Made by a program: the position numbers and the translations under genes | Part shown: in pieces, positions 12,451-23,271 of the stretch | How the letters are laid out: each line of letters begins with the position of its first letter | Numbering within the stretch: the stretch's first letter is position 1 | Origin: Chiloscyllium plagiosum | Lineage: Eukaryota | Direction of reading: 5' to 3' | DNA length: 41,816 bases | Assembly (NCBI RefSeq): GCF_004010195.1 | Contig: NC_057720.1 | Location: 29,442,302-29,484,117 of the forward strand | The notes under the pieces: generated by a model | Told to the model about the DNA's origin: nothing | The model's input: the letters and a program-made list of their open reading frames with translations, nothing else | Database searches by the model: none

Positions 12451-13199
12451 GTTTCAGGGGTGTGGTGACATTGAGAATTCTGGCTTGTTATCTGATATGT
12501 TTTTGGTTGAGGCGTTGCACATAGTGTCTTGCATTTTGAACCAGACCCCTTGTGGCCACACATTGAGAATCATTGACTCACTATCCCAGATTATTTCTTT
12601 GTACAGACTCATCTTTCAGTTCATTAGAAAAATGAGTTTACTAGTGATTTTTGTTTGGACATCAAAGAAATGATCTTGAGCAAGTTTGAATCATGCCAAT
12701 GAAGATATGATGAAGCATTATGTAAGGACAGCTTTTGCCATTCATCACTTGAAAGAAGAAGTAATTTGAGATCATTAGTTCAACTAGTTCAGTAACGGAC
12801 CAATGATGAAGAAAAGCCAAAAATGAAAGAGCAATGGAAAATGCAATAAGAAAGAGATATGCAGACAGTGATGGACAATAGCATCACAGAAAATCATTAA
12901 CTGCTTAATTTCTGGTAAGATTACGGAAAATTATTGCATCGTGCTATTTGGAGTAACTTTCCTGAACTTGTACACCAATGCTTGCACCTTTAACATTCAT
13001 GATGAGTTCACAGTAAGTTACATGGAAAATCAACCAAAAGTATTAATAATGAACATTGCTGCATTTTTACAAGTAATCTGCCAGTTTATTGTTGCAACAT
13101 GTGCATTCCTTATATTGAAATGTTCATCTTTTACGTCATCAGCTTGTTCCAAAGAACTTTGCAGCTAATAATGTCACAAGTATAAAGTGGAAAATGTTG

Positions 13200-13545
13200 G
13201 AGTCAAATTAAACACAGCAAGCTCCCACAAACAGCGATGTAATAATTATCAAATAATCTTTTATAGTGACTTTCAGTGAGAGATCAATACTTTTTAAGGC
13301 ACCAGGGATACTTCCACTGCACCTTTTTGAAATAGTGCCATAAGATCTTTTACATTCAACTGACTATTCAAGTAGGGCATTAATACCAATGTCTGAATGA
13401 AAAGGCAGGACCTCTGACAGTGCAACACTCCCCCAGTATTTCATTAATAGGTTGCCTAGATTTTTGTGCTCAAGGCTCTGAAGTGGGAATTGTTCTTGCA
13501 ATTTTCTGGCTTAGAGGTGAAGGTGTCACCAAACAAACTCACATG
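13200..13545 (-). mobile_element. Deu-domain SINE (SacSINE1-like)
   Basis: Reverse complement matches 17610-17920 (GAGCACAAAA..., TGTTGCACTGTCAGAGGT). Confidence 0.7.
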
Positions 13546-14252
13546 ACTCAGCTCAGCATTCAATAATAGTTGCAAATGAGGGAAACTGACTTGGATTTTC
13601 TACCTCATGCTTCTATCAAAATATGAGACTCTGAATCAGAGCATTAAACTTCCTTTTGAATGATTCCTCATTTCAGCCCTCAATAATTGTTGGCTTAAAA
13701 CAACGTTTTCTGGTATTAGCTTTCAATACATTCAGATGAATTCTTCTATCCCACTGTATCTTACATAACAACCCTTCTTACTTATTTCTTTTCCAAGCTG
13801 AAGAATCTGCATTTTCCAAACATTTTTTCATGACTCAGTCCTTTACTACTGAGGATCAGCCGTGGTAATCAACTACATAGCACAGTTTAATCATTTCCTT
13901 TGCGCTCCAGGAACTGGAAATAAATACATTGGTCAGAGGTGTGGCTTCAGTATGCAGTGTATGATTGAGTCTTCATATTATGTCTTTAGGTTTATTAGCC
14001 TCCATTGGTGGTGGAAAGTTATTAAAGACAACTGTTAGTTGGGAAATATGACGAACAGACACAAGTGTCCGTGTAACAGCTTTCATAATGGGACATGTCT
14101 CCCTATTTCATTCCACTTTCCCCAGTTGATTAGTGTAAATAGCTGTGAAGTTGCATCATGCACCATCGTGTACTATGGTTGTTGAATATCTCTTGTACAG
14201 ATAGCTGTGCATTCATCAATAACCTTTGCAAAATTATTTAAATTATTGTCCC

Positions 14253-14993
14253 GGGGAGAAAGTGAGGACTGCAGATGCTGGAGATCAGAGTCGAGGGTGT
14301 GGTGCTGGAAAAGCACAGCCGGTCAGGCAGCATCCAAGGAGCAGGAGAATCGATGTTTAGGGCATAAGCCCTTCATCATGAATGAGGTTTGTGAGCCAAG
14401 GGGGTAGAGAGTTAAAAGGGGGGAGGGTGGGACTGAGGGAAGGTAGCTGAGAGTTCAATAGAACAATGAAGGTGTGGGGAATGGTGATAGGTTGGAGAGG
14501 AGGGTGGGCGGATAGGTGGGAAGGAAGGGTAGGACAGGTCATGAGGGTGGTGCCAAGTTAGAAGTTTGGATCTGGGATCAGGTGGGGGGAGGGGAAATGA
14601 GGAAACTGGTGAAATCCACATTAATCCATTGTGGTGGGAGGGTGCCAAGGCGGAAGATGAGGCGTTCTTCCTCCAGGCATCGAGTGGTTAGCGTTTGGTG
14701 ATGGAGGAGGCCCAGCACCTGCATATCCTTGGCAGAATGGAAGGGGAAATTAAAGTGTTGGCCATGGGACGGTGGCGTTGCTTTGTGCTGAAGTATTCTG
14801 CAAGTAGGCGTCCTGTCTCCCAAGTGTAGGGGAGACTGCATCGGGAGCAATGGATTCAGTAAATGACATTGGTGGATGTGCAGGTAAATCTATGATGGAT
14901 GTGGAAGGCTCCTTTGGGGCCTTGGACGGAGGTGAGGGGGGAGGTGCGCGTGCAGGTTTTGCACTTCCTGCGGTGGCAGGGGAAGGTGCCAGG
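14253..14993 (-). mobile_element. 5'-truncated Penelope-like element (GIY-YIG and pLTR)
   Basis: Homologous to 1165-1915 (HFNFPFHSAKDMQVLGLLH..RCLEEERLIFRLGTLPP). TSD TTATTGTCCC at 14243-14252 and 14994-15003. Confidence 0.9.
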
Positions 14994-15003
14994 TTATTGT
15001 CCC

Positions 15004-15240
15004 AGGTGCAATTCCAACATGTGGGTACCTCTGGACATTGATGTCATCCAAGGTCAATTCAACTGCAGCAAATGCTTTCAGCTTCTGGGACCTCAGCTCA
15101 GTGTTATTAAATTGGAGACCAATCTGCAAGTACTGCAACACTATGGGGTGGAAGGAAGCTTCCCGGCCACTTTATTCCGAGAGGCAGTTGCAGTCTTCAG
15201 GAGGCAACCTTCTGATTTCGGGGTCAGGAGGGTGTGAGTG
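15004..15240 (+). mobile_element. CR1 ORF1 N-terminal zinc-finger/leucine-zipper remnant
   Basis: C..NMW...FNCSKCFQLL..QLSVIKLETNLQVL..EGSF..LFREAV fits the CR1 ORF1 zf/lz pattern. Confidence 0.6.
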
Positions 15241-15289
15241 CAAGTGAGGAAAATAAGAGAACCAAAGAACGAACTTGGTGAAAATATGA

Positions 15290-16642
15290 TCAGTTTGGTA
15301 ATTGGTACTGATAAAGTCAATGGACCTGCACATTGGTAATTTTCTTGGTCCTGATGGAGTTTATTCTAGGGTCTTAAAAGTGCTGACTAATTGGATAGTT
15401 GATGCATTGGTGTTAGTTTTCCAAAATTCCTTAGATTCTGGACAAGTTTCATCAAACTGGACAGTAGCAAATATAACCCGTGTATTCAAAAAAGTAGGGA
15501 GGCAGAAAACCGAGAACCAAAGGGCAATTTGTTTGCTATCATCTTTGGGAAGTTGTTGGAATTGATGATTAAGAAGGTAATAACCGGTGCAAGGTAGTCA
15601 GGAAGATTTAATATGTTTTGTGAAAGGGAAATACTATTTAACCAATTAGTTAGAATGAAATAATATTTGCTATGGATTCCAGGGAGCTCGTTGGTGTACT
15701 GTGTTTGGATTTTCATAAGGCATTGATAAGGCTCCACATAAAAGCCTATCATACAAAATAGGAGGTCATTGTACAGAGGGTAACATATTAGCATAGCAAA
15801 TTGACTGCCTGTCAGAAACTTGGAAGTATTGATAAATATCTTTCTCTGATCAGCAGCATCTTACAAGTGGAGTCCCACAGGGATATGTGCTGGGTGCTCA
15901 GTGTTTTATCATTTAAATTTACAGGTGACAAAAAGATACCTAGGAAAGTGTGTTATGAAGATGACACACAAGTATGCAAACCAATATAGGATAGGCTAAA
16001 TGAGTGGGCAAAGATCTAGCAAATGAAGTATACTGCAGGGAATTGTGAATTTGTTCACGTTGACAGAAAGAAGAAAAAAAAACAGAATATTGTTTAAATG
16101 GAGAACAACTGAAGAATTTTGAAGTGCCAATTTAGGCATTCCAATACAGGTCACAAAATGTTCATATGCAAATATAGCAAGCAATCAGAAAAGTTAATGG
16201 GATTCTAGCTGTTAATGGAGGAGAAATTGAGCATAACAGTAAGTATCTTATGCTTTAGTTATACAAAGCAATAGTCTCCTTGTTTAAGGAAGGATGTAAA
16301 TCTGTATGAGGCAGATCAGAGATTTACTGGATTCACAGCTAGAGTGAGTGGGTTGTCTGAAAAAGAAAGATTGGACTTGATAGCTCTCAAGTTTAGAAAA
16401 GATGAGGGGAGATTTGATTTAAATTTAGAAGATCTTGAATTGACTTGACAAGGTGACTGTGGAAAGGATGTTTACTCTTGTATCCAAAATGAATCCAAAA
16501 CTAGGGGGCACTGTTTTAAAATTAGGGATCACCCTTTCAGGATAGAGGGTTCGCTCAGTGGGTTGTGCCACTTTGGACCTTCTAGCTCAGAAGGCATTGG
16601 AGGTTGGTCATTGAATATGTTTATGATAGAGGTAGATAGATT
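15290..16642 (+). mobile_element. Old, internally deleted CR1 ORF2
   Basis: GPDGVYSRVLK, W.VANITRVFKK.GRQ..ENQRAI.L. Its 3' UTR resumes at 17433-17550. Confidence 0.75.
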
Positions 16643-17432
16643 TAGAGTCATAGAGTCATAGAGATGTACAGCATGGAAACCGACCCTTCGGTCCAACCCG
16701 TCCATGCCGACCAGATATCCCAACCCAATCTAGTCCCACCTGCCAGCACATGGCCCATATCCCTCCATATTCCCATCTCCAAATGCCACTTAAAAGTTGC
16801 AGTTATACCAGTCTCCACCACTTCCTCTGGCAGCTCATTCCATATACGTACCACCCTCTGCGTGAAAAAATTGCCCCTTAGGTCTCTTTTATATCTTTCC
16901 CCTCTCACCCTAAACCTATGCCCTCTAGTTATGGGGATTCCCCAACCCCAGGGAAAAGACTTTGCCTATTTACCCTATCCATGCCCCTCATAATTTTGCA
17001 AACTTCTATAAGGTCACCCCTCAACCTCCGACGCTCCAGTGAAAACAGCCCCAGACTGTTCAGCCTCTCCCAGTAGCTCAAATCCTCCAACCCTGGCAAC
17101 ATCCTTGTAAATCTTTTCCAAATCCTTTCAAGTTTCGCAACATCTTTCCGATCGGAAGGAGACCGGAATTGCATGTAATATTCCAACAGTGGCTTAACCA
17201 ATGTCCTGTATAGCCGCAACATGACCTCCCAACTCCTATACTCAATACTCTGACCAATAAAGGAAAGCATACTAAATACCTTCTTCACTATCCTATCTAC
17301 CTGTGACTCCACTTTCAAGGAGCTATGAACCTGCACTCCAAGGTCTCTTTGTTCAGCAACCCCACTCCCTGGGACCTTACCATTAAGTGTATAAGTCCTG
17401 CTAAGTTGTGCTTTCCCAAATGCAGCACCTCG
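16643..17432 (-). mobile_element. Young CR1 LINE 3' part inserted in an older CR1 tail
   Basis: ORFs 16929-17435 and 16648-16908 (RPLLEY-like, LERRRLRGDLIE, RGNFFTQRVV). (GACTCTAT)n tail. Confidence 0.9.
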
Positions 17433-17550
17433 CAAAAGGGTATCAGGGATAAATGGGAAAGTGGAATTTGGAACACAAACAGATCAGCCATGATCATACT
17501 GGATGGTGGATTGGGCTTGAAGAGCTGAATGGCCTACTTTGTCTCCTAAA
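17433..17550 (+). mobile_element. CR1 3' UTR of the host copy
   Basis: AGATCAGCCATGATC...GAATGGCCTACT..TCTCCTA tail. Confidence 0.7.
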
Positions 17551-17609
17551 TAATACAATTTTTATGTGCAACCTATTTGCTTTCTTTTTGAAAGAATCAA
17601 CTCCACTTT

Positions 17610-18045
17610 CAGTTAGTTCAATTGGGAGCATTCTTGCTTCTGAGTCAGGCCTTGGAGTCATATCCCTATTCAGGATTTGAGCACAAAACTCAAAGCTAAC
17701 ATTTCAGTGTTGGACTAAGAGAATGTTGCACTGTCAGAGGTACTGCTTTGCAGATGAAACGTTAAATCCCTCTTGCACCCAAGGCTGAGATAAAATGTCC
17801 ATGGTATTATTTCCAAAGTGGAGCCATTACTTGTCAATATTTCCTGACCAATATTTATTTGATAACACAAAAAAAAACAGATTATCAGGCTATGATCATT
17901 TTGTTGCTTGTAGGAGCTCACTGTGCACACGCTACCCACCACTTTTCCTACATTACAACACTGACATTTCCAAAGTACTTGGTTGGCTGTGTAGCATTTG
18001 GAGATATCCAGCAGTCATGAAAAGTGCATGGTAAATGTAAGTAAT
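17610..18045 (+). mobile_element. Deu-domain SINE (SacSINE1-like)
   Basis: tRNA-like head followed by TGTTGCACTGTCAGAGGTACTGCTTTGCAGATGAAACGTTAAA, resembling the Deu core. Four more copies lie in the window. Confidence 0.72.
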
Positions 18046-18813
18046 TCTTCACCTTTCTTCCTGGATAGTTGGATGTGTGATGATGTAGGCAGCAGGTGGA
18101 GTATGTAGTTGACCTGCAGTGAAATATTTGAATCTTTATTACCACCAGGTGTTATTGCACCATCTGTTGGAAGAGAAAAGGAAGATGAGTTATAAGTCAG
18201 AATGGATGCCTTCTAAGATTGTTAACATCACATTATATTTGGTGCCATACTATTGTTTATGATATAATTTCAAATTATCTTATTGCCACAGCTCTACCTT
18301 CCCTCTGCAATCTTCGAGATGCCTTTGCTTTTCTGGCTTGTCTGCCTTTTGAGCCATCTTGATCCATTCACCATCAGTGAATGGTAGTGCTGCTCTTAGT
18401 AATAAGTCAAGCAAGTGGTATATCGGTCAGCCATGAGACTAGGACTTGGTGTGTTGGCTTTACTAGAGGCAGGTCAATCAAGTACTCATCAGTTGCTCAT
18501 CACTACATTTTTCATTTTGATGTGAGAATGAATTTCAGCTTTAATGTACTCAGAATGCTAGTTACAAGTGGTAGGAAGAGTGTTTTTTTTACTGTAGGTC
18601 TTCATCAGCAGGATAGCAATAATGATGACAAAGTAGTGATGACAGAGTGGAATGTTTTGGATTAATGCCATCTGGTGCACACACATGAAGTCTGATTTTA
18701 ACTTGGACAGGCAGGCAGAAAGTGGACCTTAGTAACCTGTGTACTTTGTGTTCTGTTGCCACTCTCAGCATTGCCAATTTTACCAGCGCCCTGAAGAAGG
18801 GTCCTGCATGAAA

Positions 18814-18910
18814 GGGCTTCCTGAAGAAGGGCTTATGCCCGAAACGTCGATTCTCCTGTTCCTTGGATGCTGCCTGACCTGCTGCGCTTTTCCAGCCACA
18901 CATTTTCAGC
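18814..18910 (+). mobile_element. 97-bp hammerhead-containing Penelope-derived mini-insertion
   Basis: Perfect 12-bp TSD TCCTGCATGAAA (18802-18813, 18911-18922). 91/94 identical to 40104-40197. Confidence 0.88.
18819..18850 (+). ncRNA. Minimal type I hammerhead ribozyme motif
   Basis: CUGAAGA (18821-18827), extra A, stem II GGGC-UUAU-GCCC, GAAA (18841-18844), palindromic ACGU stem III, GUC cleavage triplet (18846-18848). Stem I is only about 2 bp. Confidence 0.7.
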
Positions 18911-19996
18911 TCCTGCATGAAATGTCAACTCTTTTGCTCCTCGGATGCTGCCTGATCTGCTGTGCTTTTTCCAGTGCCATGCTTTATCAACTCAATTTAA
19001 CTAGGGCCCTTACAAGAACAATCCCTAGCGCGGGTGATTATGTGGAAGCCACATTAACTTAAAATGGGGTGCAATGCTGTGTCATTAAAAAGCTCATGAT
19101 GGATGGAATGTGCACCATATAGACTTCACCAACTTGTAACTGGGGTGAGCAGTTTAACCCCTTAAAGGGACCACTGGAGCTCTACAAATGTAGAAAAAGA
19201 AACATCTGTTTTTAAAACATATACACACATGCTGCAAATATTGGAAATGTGAAAAAAGAAGAAAATGCGGGAAATAATGAGGCAGTATCTGTGGAGAAAA
19301 GAGGGTTCTGAGGAAAGGTCATATCCATCTCCATCCATCTATACAATTATGCCTCTGTATACACACACACATCACTGACTGGCATCTCGGAAATAAGTGT
19401 CTGCATTTATTTACCAGGCAGGGAATGGATTAAAAGCGGAATAATGTCAGATACGCGTGCATTATCGGGGAGAGATCCAGATGAAATAGACTTTGAAGCA
19501 CTAATGAGGCTAGAAAGTGCATTTGAATGAATGTTTCACAGATATGTAGATCCATATCTTGCATGAAAAGATGACAGAGGCGGAAGCAGGGCAGTAGATG
19601 AAGTGATTTGTATAAAGGGGCCGATTCTCTGGAGGTTGTACCCAGTTACAAAACTATCGATAAGATCTACTCACACTTCGGTATTCCAGCTCGTCTCTAT
19701 AAAACGGCGGGGGCAACAGGAAAGTTGAGAAACGATTCCAGTCAGGATTATTACCTTCCTCACACCTCTCCCAGTGCAATCTCAACGGGGAACACTGAGG
19801 GGGTGGGATATATTAGTAAGGTACGGCTGAACCTTTCCCGGACCCTGTCCACCTGGGGCGGGATGTGAGAGCGGAGGCAGCTTGCTCACAGACAACATCA
19901 GCCCGCCACCAGCCAGAACCACCCCCACCCACCCCTTCATCCCTCCCTTTCCCCAGGGATCCGCAGCGGCTGCACAGCCCCTGGTGAAGGGGAGGA

Positions 19997-20015
19997 GGGG
20001 GGGGGGGGGGGGGGG
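19997..20015 (+). repeat. Poly-G tract (G19)
   Basis: Direct reading. Confidence 0.95.
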
Positions 20016-20203
20016 TAGATGGAACAGTACAGCAATTCCGCTCACGTACTGTGGACAGGGCACCTGCTGGGAAAGGAGCCCCTGCAGCCTTCACCAGTCT
20101 CACTTCACAATCCGGAGGGCTGTGCTGGGGGAAGGCAGACCTTTTTTTTTAAGGGGAGAAAGAAGCACACTCTCGGATGTGAGCTCCAGTGCACGGTCAG
20201 TAC

Positions 20204-20251
20204 CTCATCTGCCTGTCTGTGAGGAAGGTTCATTTAATGGTGTTTTCGAAC
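20204..20251 (-). other. Candidate 48-nt exon, possibly starting a CDS MNLPHRQADE
   Basis: Acceptor TATTTTGCTTTCTGTTGACAG, donor GAG|GTACTG. An internal ATG gives 10 codons ending in phase 0. Confidence 0.3.
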
Positions 20252-21914
20252 CTGTCAACAGAAAGCAAAATACATCTTTTTTTTCTACTGCCTTTAGCTT
20301 GCGAGCAGCCAGGGTGGGAGTAAGAATGTGATCCAGAGATTGATATTTACAGCTGACATCTTTGTGGATTGTTTAACGGGCAATTGTGCTTCTTATAGTC
20401 ACTTAGCTGTTTGTGTATGTGTGTGTGTAGAATGTTGGTTAACTTCTCGGTAAAGCTATAATCCCAGCAAGGCTGTTTCACATTCCTGCTGGGCTTAGTT
20501 ACGGAGCAGGGACGGAATCCCATTCCTCTAGAATGTGACTGCTACCCACCCCCTCCGCCTCCCCTCAGGCTGCTGGCGGTGTAGGTTGAGGAATGGGGAT
20601 TACGACGGCAACGGAAGCCCTGGTGCTGTAAGAGGAGGAGCGGCTCTGTGTATGAGTTGGAGCTTGGATGAACTGCCCCCATTGCGGTGTCTGATGTCAG
20701 GGCGATAAGAAGGATCCGCGAGAGTAAGGTGAGGGGAATACTTTACCATCAGAGTCAAGCCTGAGATATAAGCGATGCCTATTGCATGCAGACATATCCA
20801 TTCTCTGTGGACATCTGTAACAGGAAAACCACATCTGAACCTTTTATGTTGTTGCAAATATTAGATGTTTGGTCCCCTCGGTATAGTCAGACATCAGACT
20901 GTGCAGCACTGATATCCACCTGGCTGAATGTATAGCGTTGTCTCTCTGAAAGACAGCAAAGAACAGAGTGGGTAGAATTTTTTTATTGCAGTTAACAAAA
21001 TTGAAGGATGATGAGAGCACTGCGGTGTTTTATTGAGCTGTTAAGGGTCTGAATATTGAGTCGAAGTAGTGGCTCCTTTTAGAGCAGACCCTCATCTTCA
21101 CTGTATTTGGAGAGAGTAAAGACTGGACTCTCCGGTTCTCCTTATGTCTGAGTCCCAGTATCACGTTGTTTACATATTCTGCTCCCATTTCAGAGAGGTT
21201 TTCCAAAGTCCTCAGGTTCTGAAAAGGTTCGATTGAAGAGCACTGGGCACATTTCTAAATCACTGCTACCGGGATTACGTGTATATCCAACACGCCGTCC
21301 CGAACTCACTCCCCTCAATGTTCTTGCCTCTTTTTCCACTCAAATCTCTAACCCACTGGTTCAGGATTTCTCTACCCTCACTTTGCTGTTTTATAAACTC
21401 AGCGTGTTGCATTCTCCCTCTAATAATCCCCAGACCTCAATCTTTCTTTTCTCATCCTCTGGGATACCCCCGCCCCTCCCCCGTCGGTTTATTCCTATCT
21501 TTTTCATCCACTTCTTATCTTCATCCCCTTTTCACTCCGATCAGCAATTCAAGCGGCCTCAGAGTTGAGAGTCATCCGCTCGCTTGATGACATGGAGATG
21601 CAGTTTGATATCGGATTTTTTTTTTTGTCGAGAATACAAAATGTGGTCAGGGAGCGGAATGGGTCCCAGCACAGAAACACATGCCCTCACCTCGGTGTCC
21701 ATGGAGCTGGTCTGCATGCTGATTTGGGAGTGGAAATTACCGCATTCAGCCGCCGGAAATTGATCAGCCCTTTGCGCCTATCTTGCCCTGATTTTAATCT
21801 CAATTTTAGTTTCTGGCAATTCCAACCAGCAAATGCCGAATTCGTCTTGCGATCCTAAATCATGTAAGAACTCTCACTTGCTCCTGTCTCGTTTGGCACG
21901 CTAGTTCTCAGGGA

Positions 21915-22255
21915 ACATTGCGCTGTCCAAGGTGCTGATGCTCTGACGAGAAACTATCCATAGTCTCACCACCTCTTCCCCCTCCCCACTTCCTGATAGT
22001 TGGACATAAAATGCCCCCACCGCACTTAGGAGGAAAAAAAGTGGTGGCCAGTATCTATCCTCCAGTGAGTAGCAGTGAAGCAAACGACCTGGTCATTATC
22101 ACATTGCTATCTGTGGGAACTTGCTGTGCCGAGACTGGCTGTCAGGTTGCTGTACACTATGGCAGTGCCCACTCTTCAAATTTACTTCATTGGCTGTAAT
22201 TGGGGTGACCGGAGGTCAAGAAAGGTGCTGAGGTCAAGAAAGTTCAACATCTTTC
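21915..22255 (+). mobile_element. Deu-domain SINE, decayed
   Basis: TGGCCAGTATCTATCC, CTGGTCATTATCACATTGCTATCTGTGGGAACTTGCTGTGC and TACTTCATTGGCTGTAA match the 17610 copy. Confidence 0.65.
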
Positions 22256-22761
22256 TAGATTATTAGATAAGCACACAGTGCCTTATCATTAGAGAGAATT
22301 TTGAAACCTCCAGCACTGATTATTAGTCTGAACCCAATATCATTTTGGTGGTGGGGGGGAAAGGGGCGGGGGAGGTGGTGGCGTGGAGTTGAGAACTCTA
22401 TCATTCCAATAAAGATTAATAGTTGAAAGGCAAGGGAAGGACTGAAACTGCAAGCTTCTGAATCTCTGAATCTACCGTCACTGGAGGAAGATACCAATTC
22501 TATTAGTGATGAAAAGCAGCTGAACTCACAATCAGTGGGGAGAAAGTTTGAATGATCAATTATGTGATGAGATGAGGGTTCAATTATTTCAATGAAAATA
22601 GAGCTAAATACTTAAAGAACAGAAGAGTGAAATGTACCCATAAAAAAAAGTTTGGATTTTTATAACTTCTGTCATTCATGATGGATTGTGGAAACTGCTA
22701 TGGAAGGAACTATTGATGTTTGTCTGAAATAAAACAAGAAAAATTCAAACAAAGAAGATTT

Positions 22762-22856
22762 GAAACAAAAACAGAATTTCCTGAAGAGACCCAACTGATC
22801 TGGCAGCATCTGTCGAGAGAGAAATAGAGTTAATGTTCTGAGTCTGGTAATCCTTG
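22762..22856 (-). mobile_element. Penelope-type family C terminal fragment
   Basis: Matches 34588-34676 (ACAAAAACAGAA...GGCAGCATCTGT..AGAGTTAATGTT). Confidence 0.6.
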
Positions 22857-23271
22857 TTTGAGTTTAATATTTGAAACAAGACTTATGCAATCTAACACAA
22901 GCATGATACAGTTTGGTTATGACTCCTTCTGACTTATATAGTTTTAGCCATGTTGTTCAATATTCTATTGAATATGTTTATTCTGCTTTGTATTGGTTGG
23001 ACAGGTACGTGTTAAGTCTCTGGCTGGAATTCAAGTTTCTGGGATTGGGTACCTGTAGGACGGGATTTTCCTTTGCTGCTTTAATAGTCAGATGTCATTG
23101 ATTATGCGTGATTCCCACTGCCAAGATGAGGAATTTAGAAGTGATAGCATTAATACCACTGTAGCATCTGAGTAAACAGTGAATGACCATAAAGGGACAG
23201 AAAAACCCTGTGAAGGAAGGATCTGCAACCTGTACAGGAACATGGACTTAGCTTGGGCTTATCACCTCTGG

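Larger units (their letters stand above)
18789..18993 (+). mobile_element. Older hammerhead-bearing pLTR interrupted by a younger one
   Basis: Removing 18814-18922 restores CTGAAGAAGGGTCCTGCATGAAATGTCAACT...CTCGGATGCTGCCTGATCTGCTGTGC. Confidence 0.8.
19560..21910. promoter_or_regulatory. CpG-enriched, repeat-poor promoter-like region
   Basis: Visibly higher CpG density than the rest of the window. ETS-like CGGAAG sites (about 19581, 20611), GC-box-like sites, ZNF143-like motif 20455-20473, donor sites on both strands. Confidence 0.55.

Noticed and set aside
3590..20251. DYNLT3/Tctex1-like reading (MNLPHRQADE joined to AFDSSEV..AKVVKE near 3634, minus strand)
   Set aside because: Only a few matching residues. 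The second piece needs a frameshift and has no donor at the expected place, and no further exons were found. Chance similarity is likely.
19782..20331. ORFs of 93-149 aa in the GC-rich block
   Set aside because: Low-complexity poly-Gly/Pro translations of the G tract with no recognisable domain.
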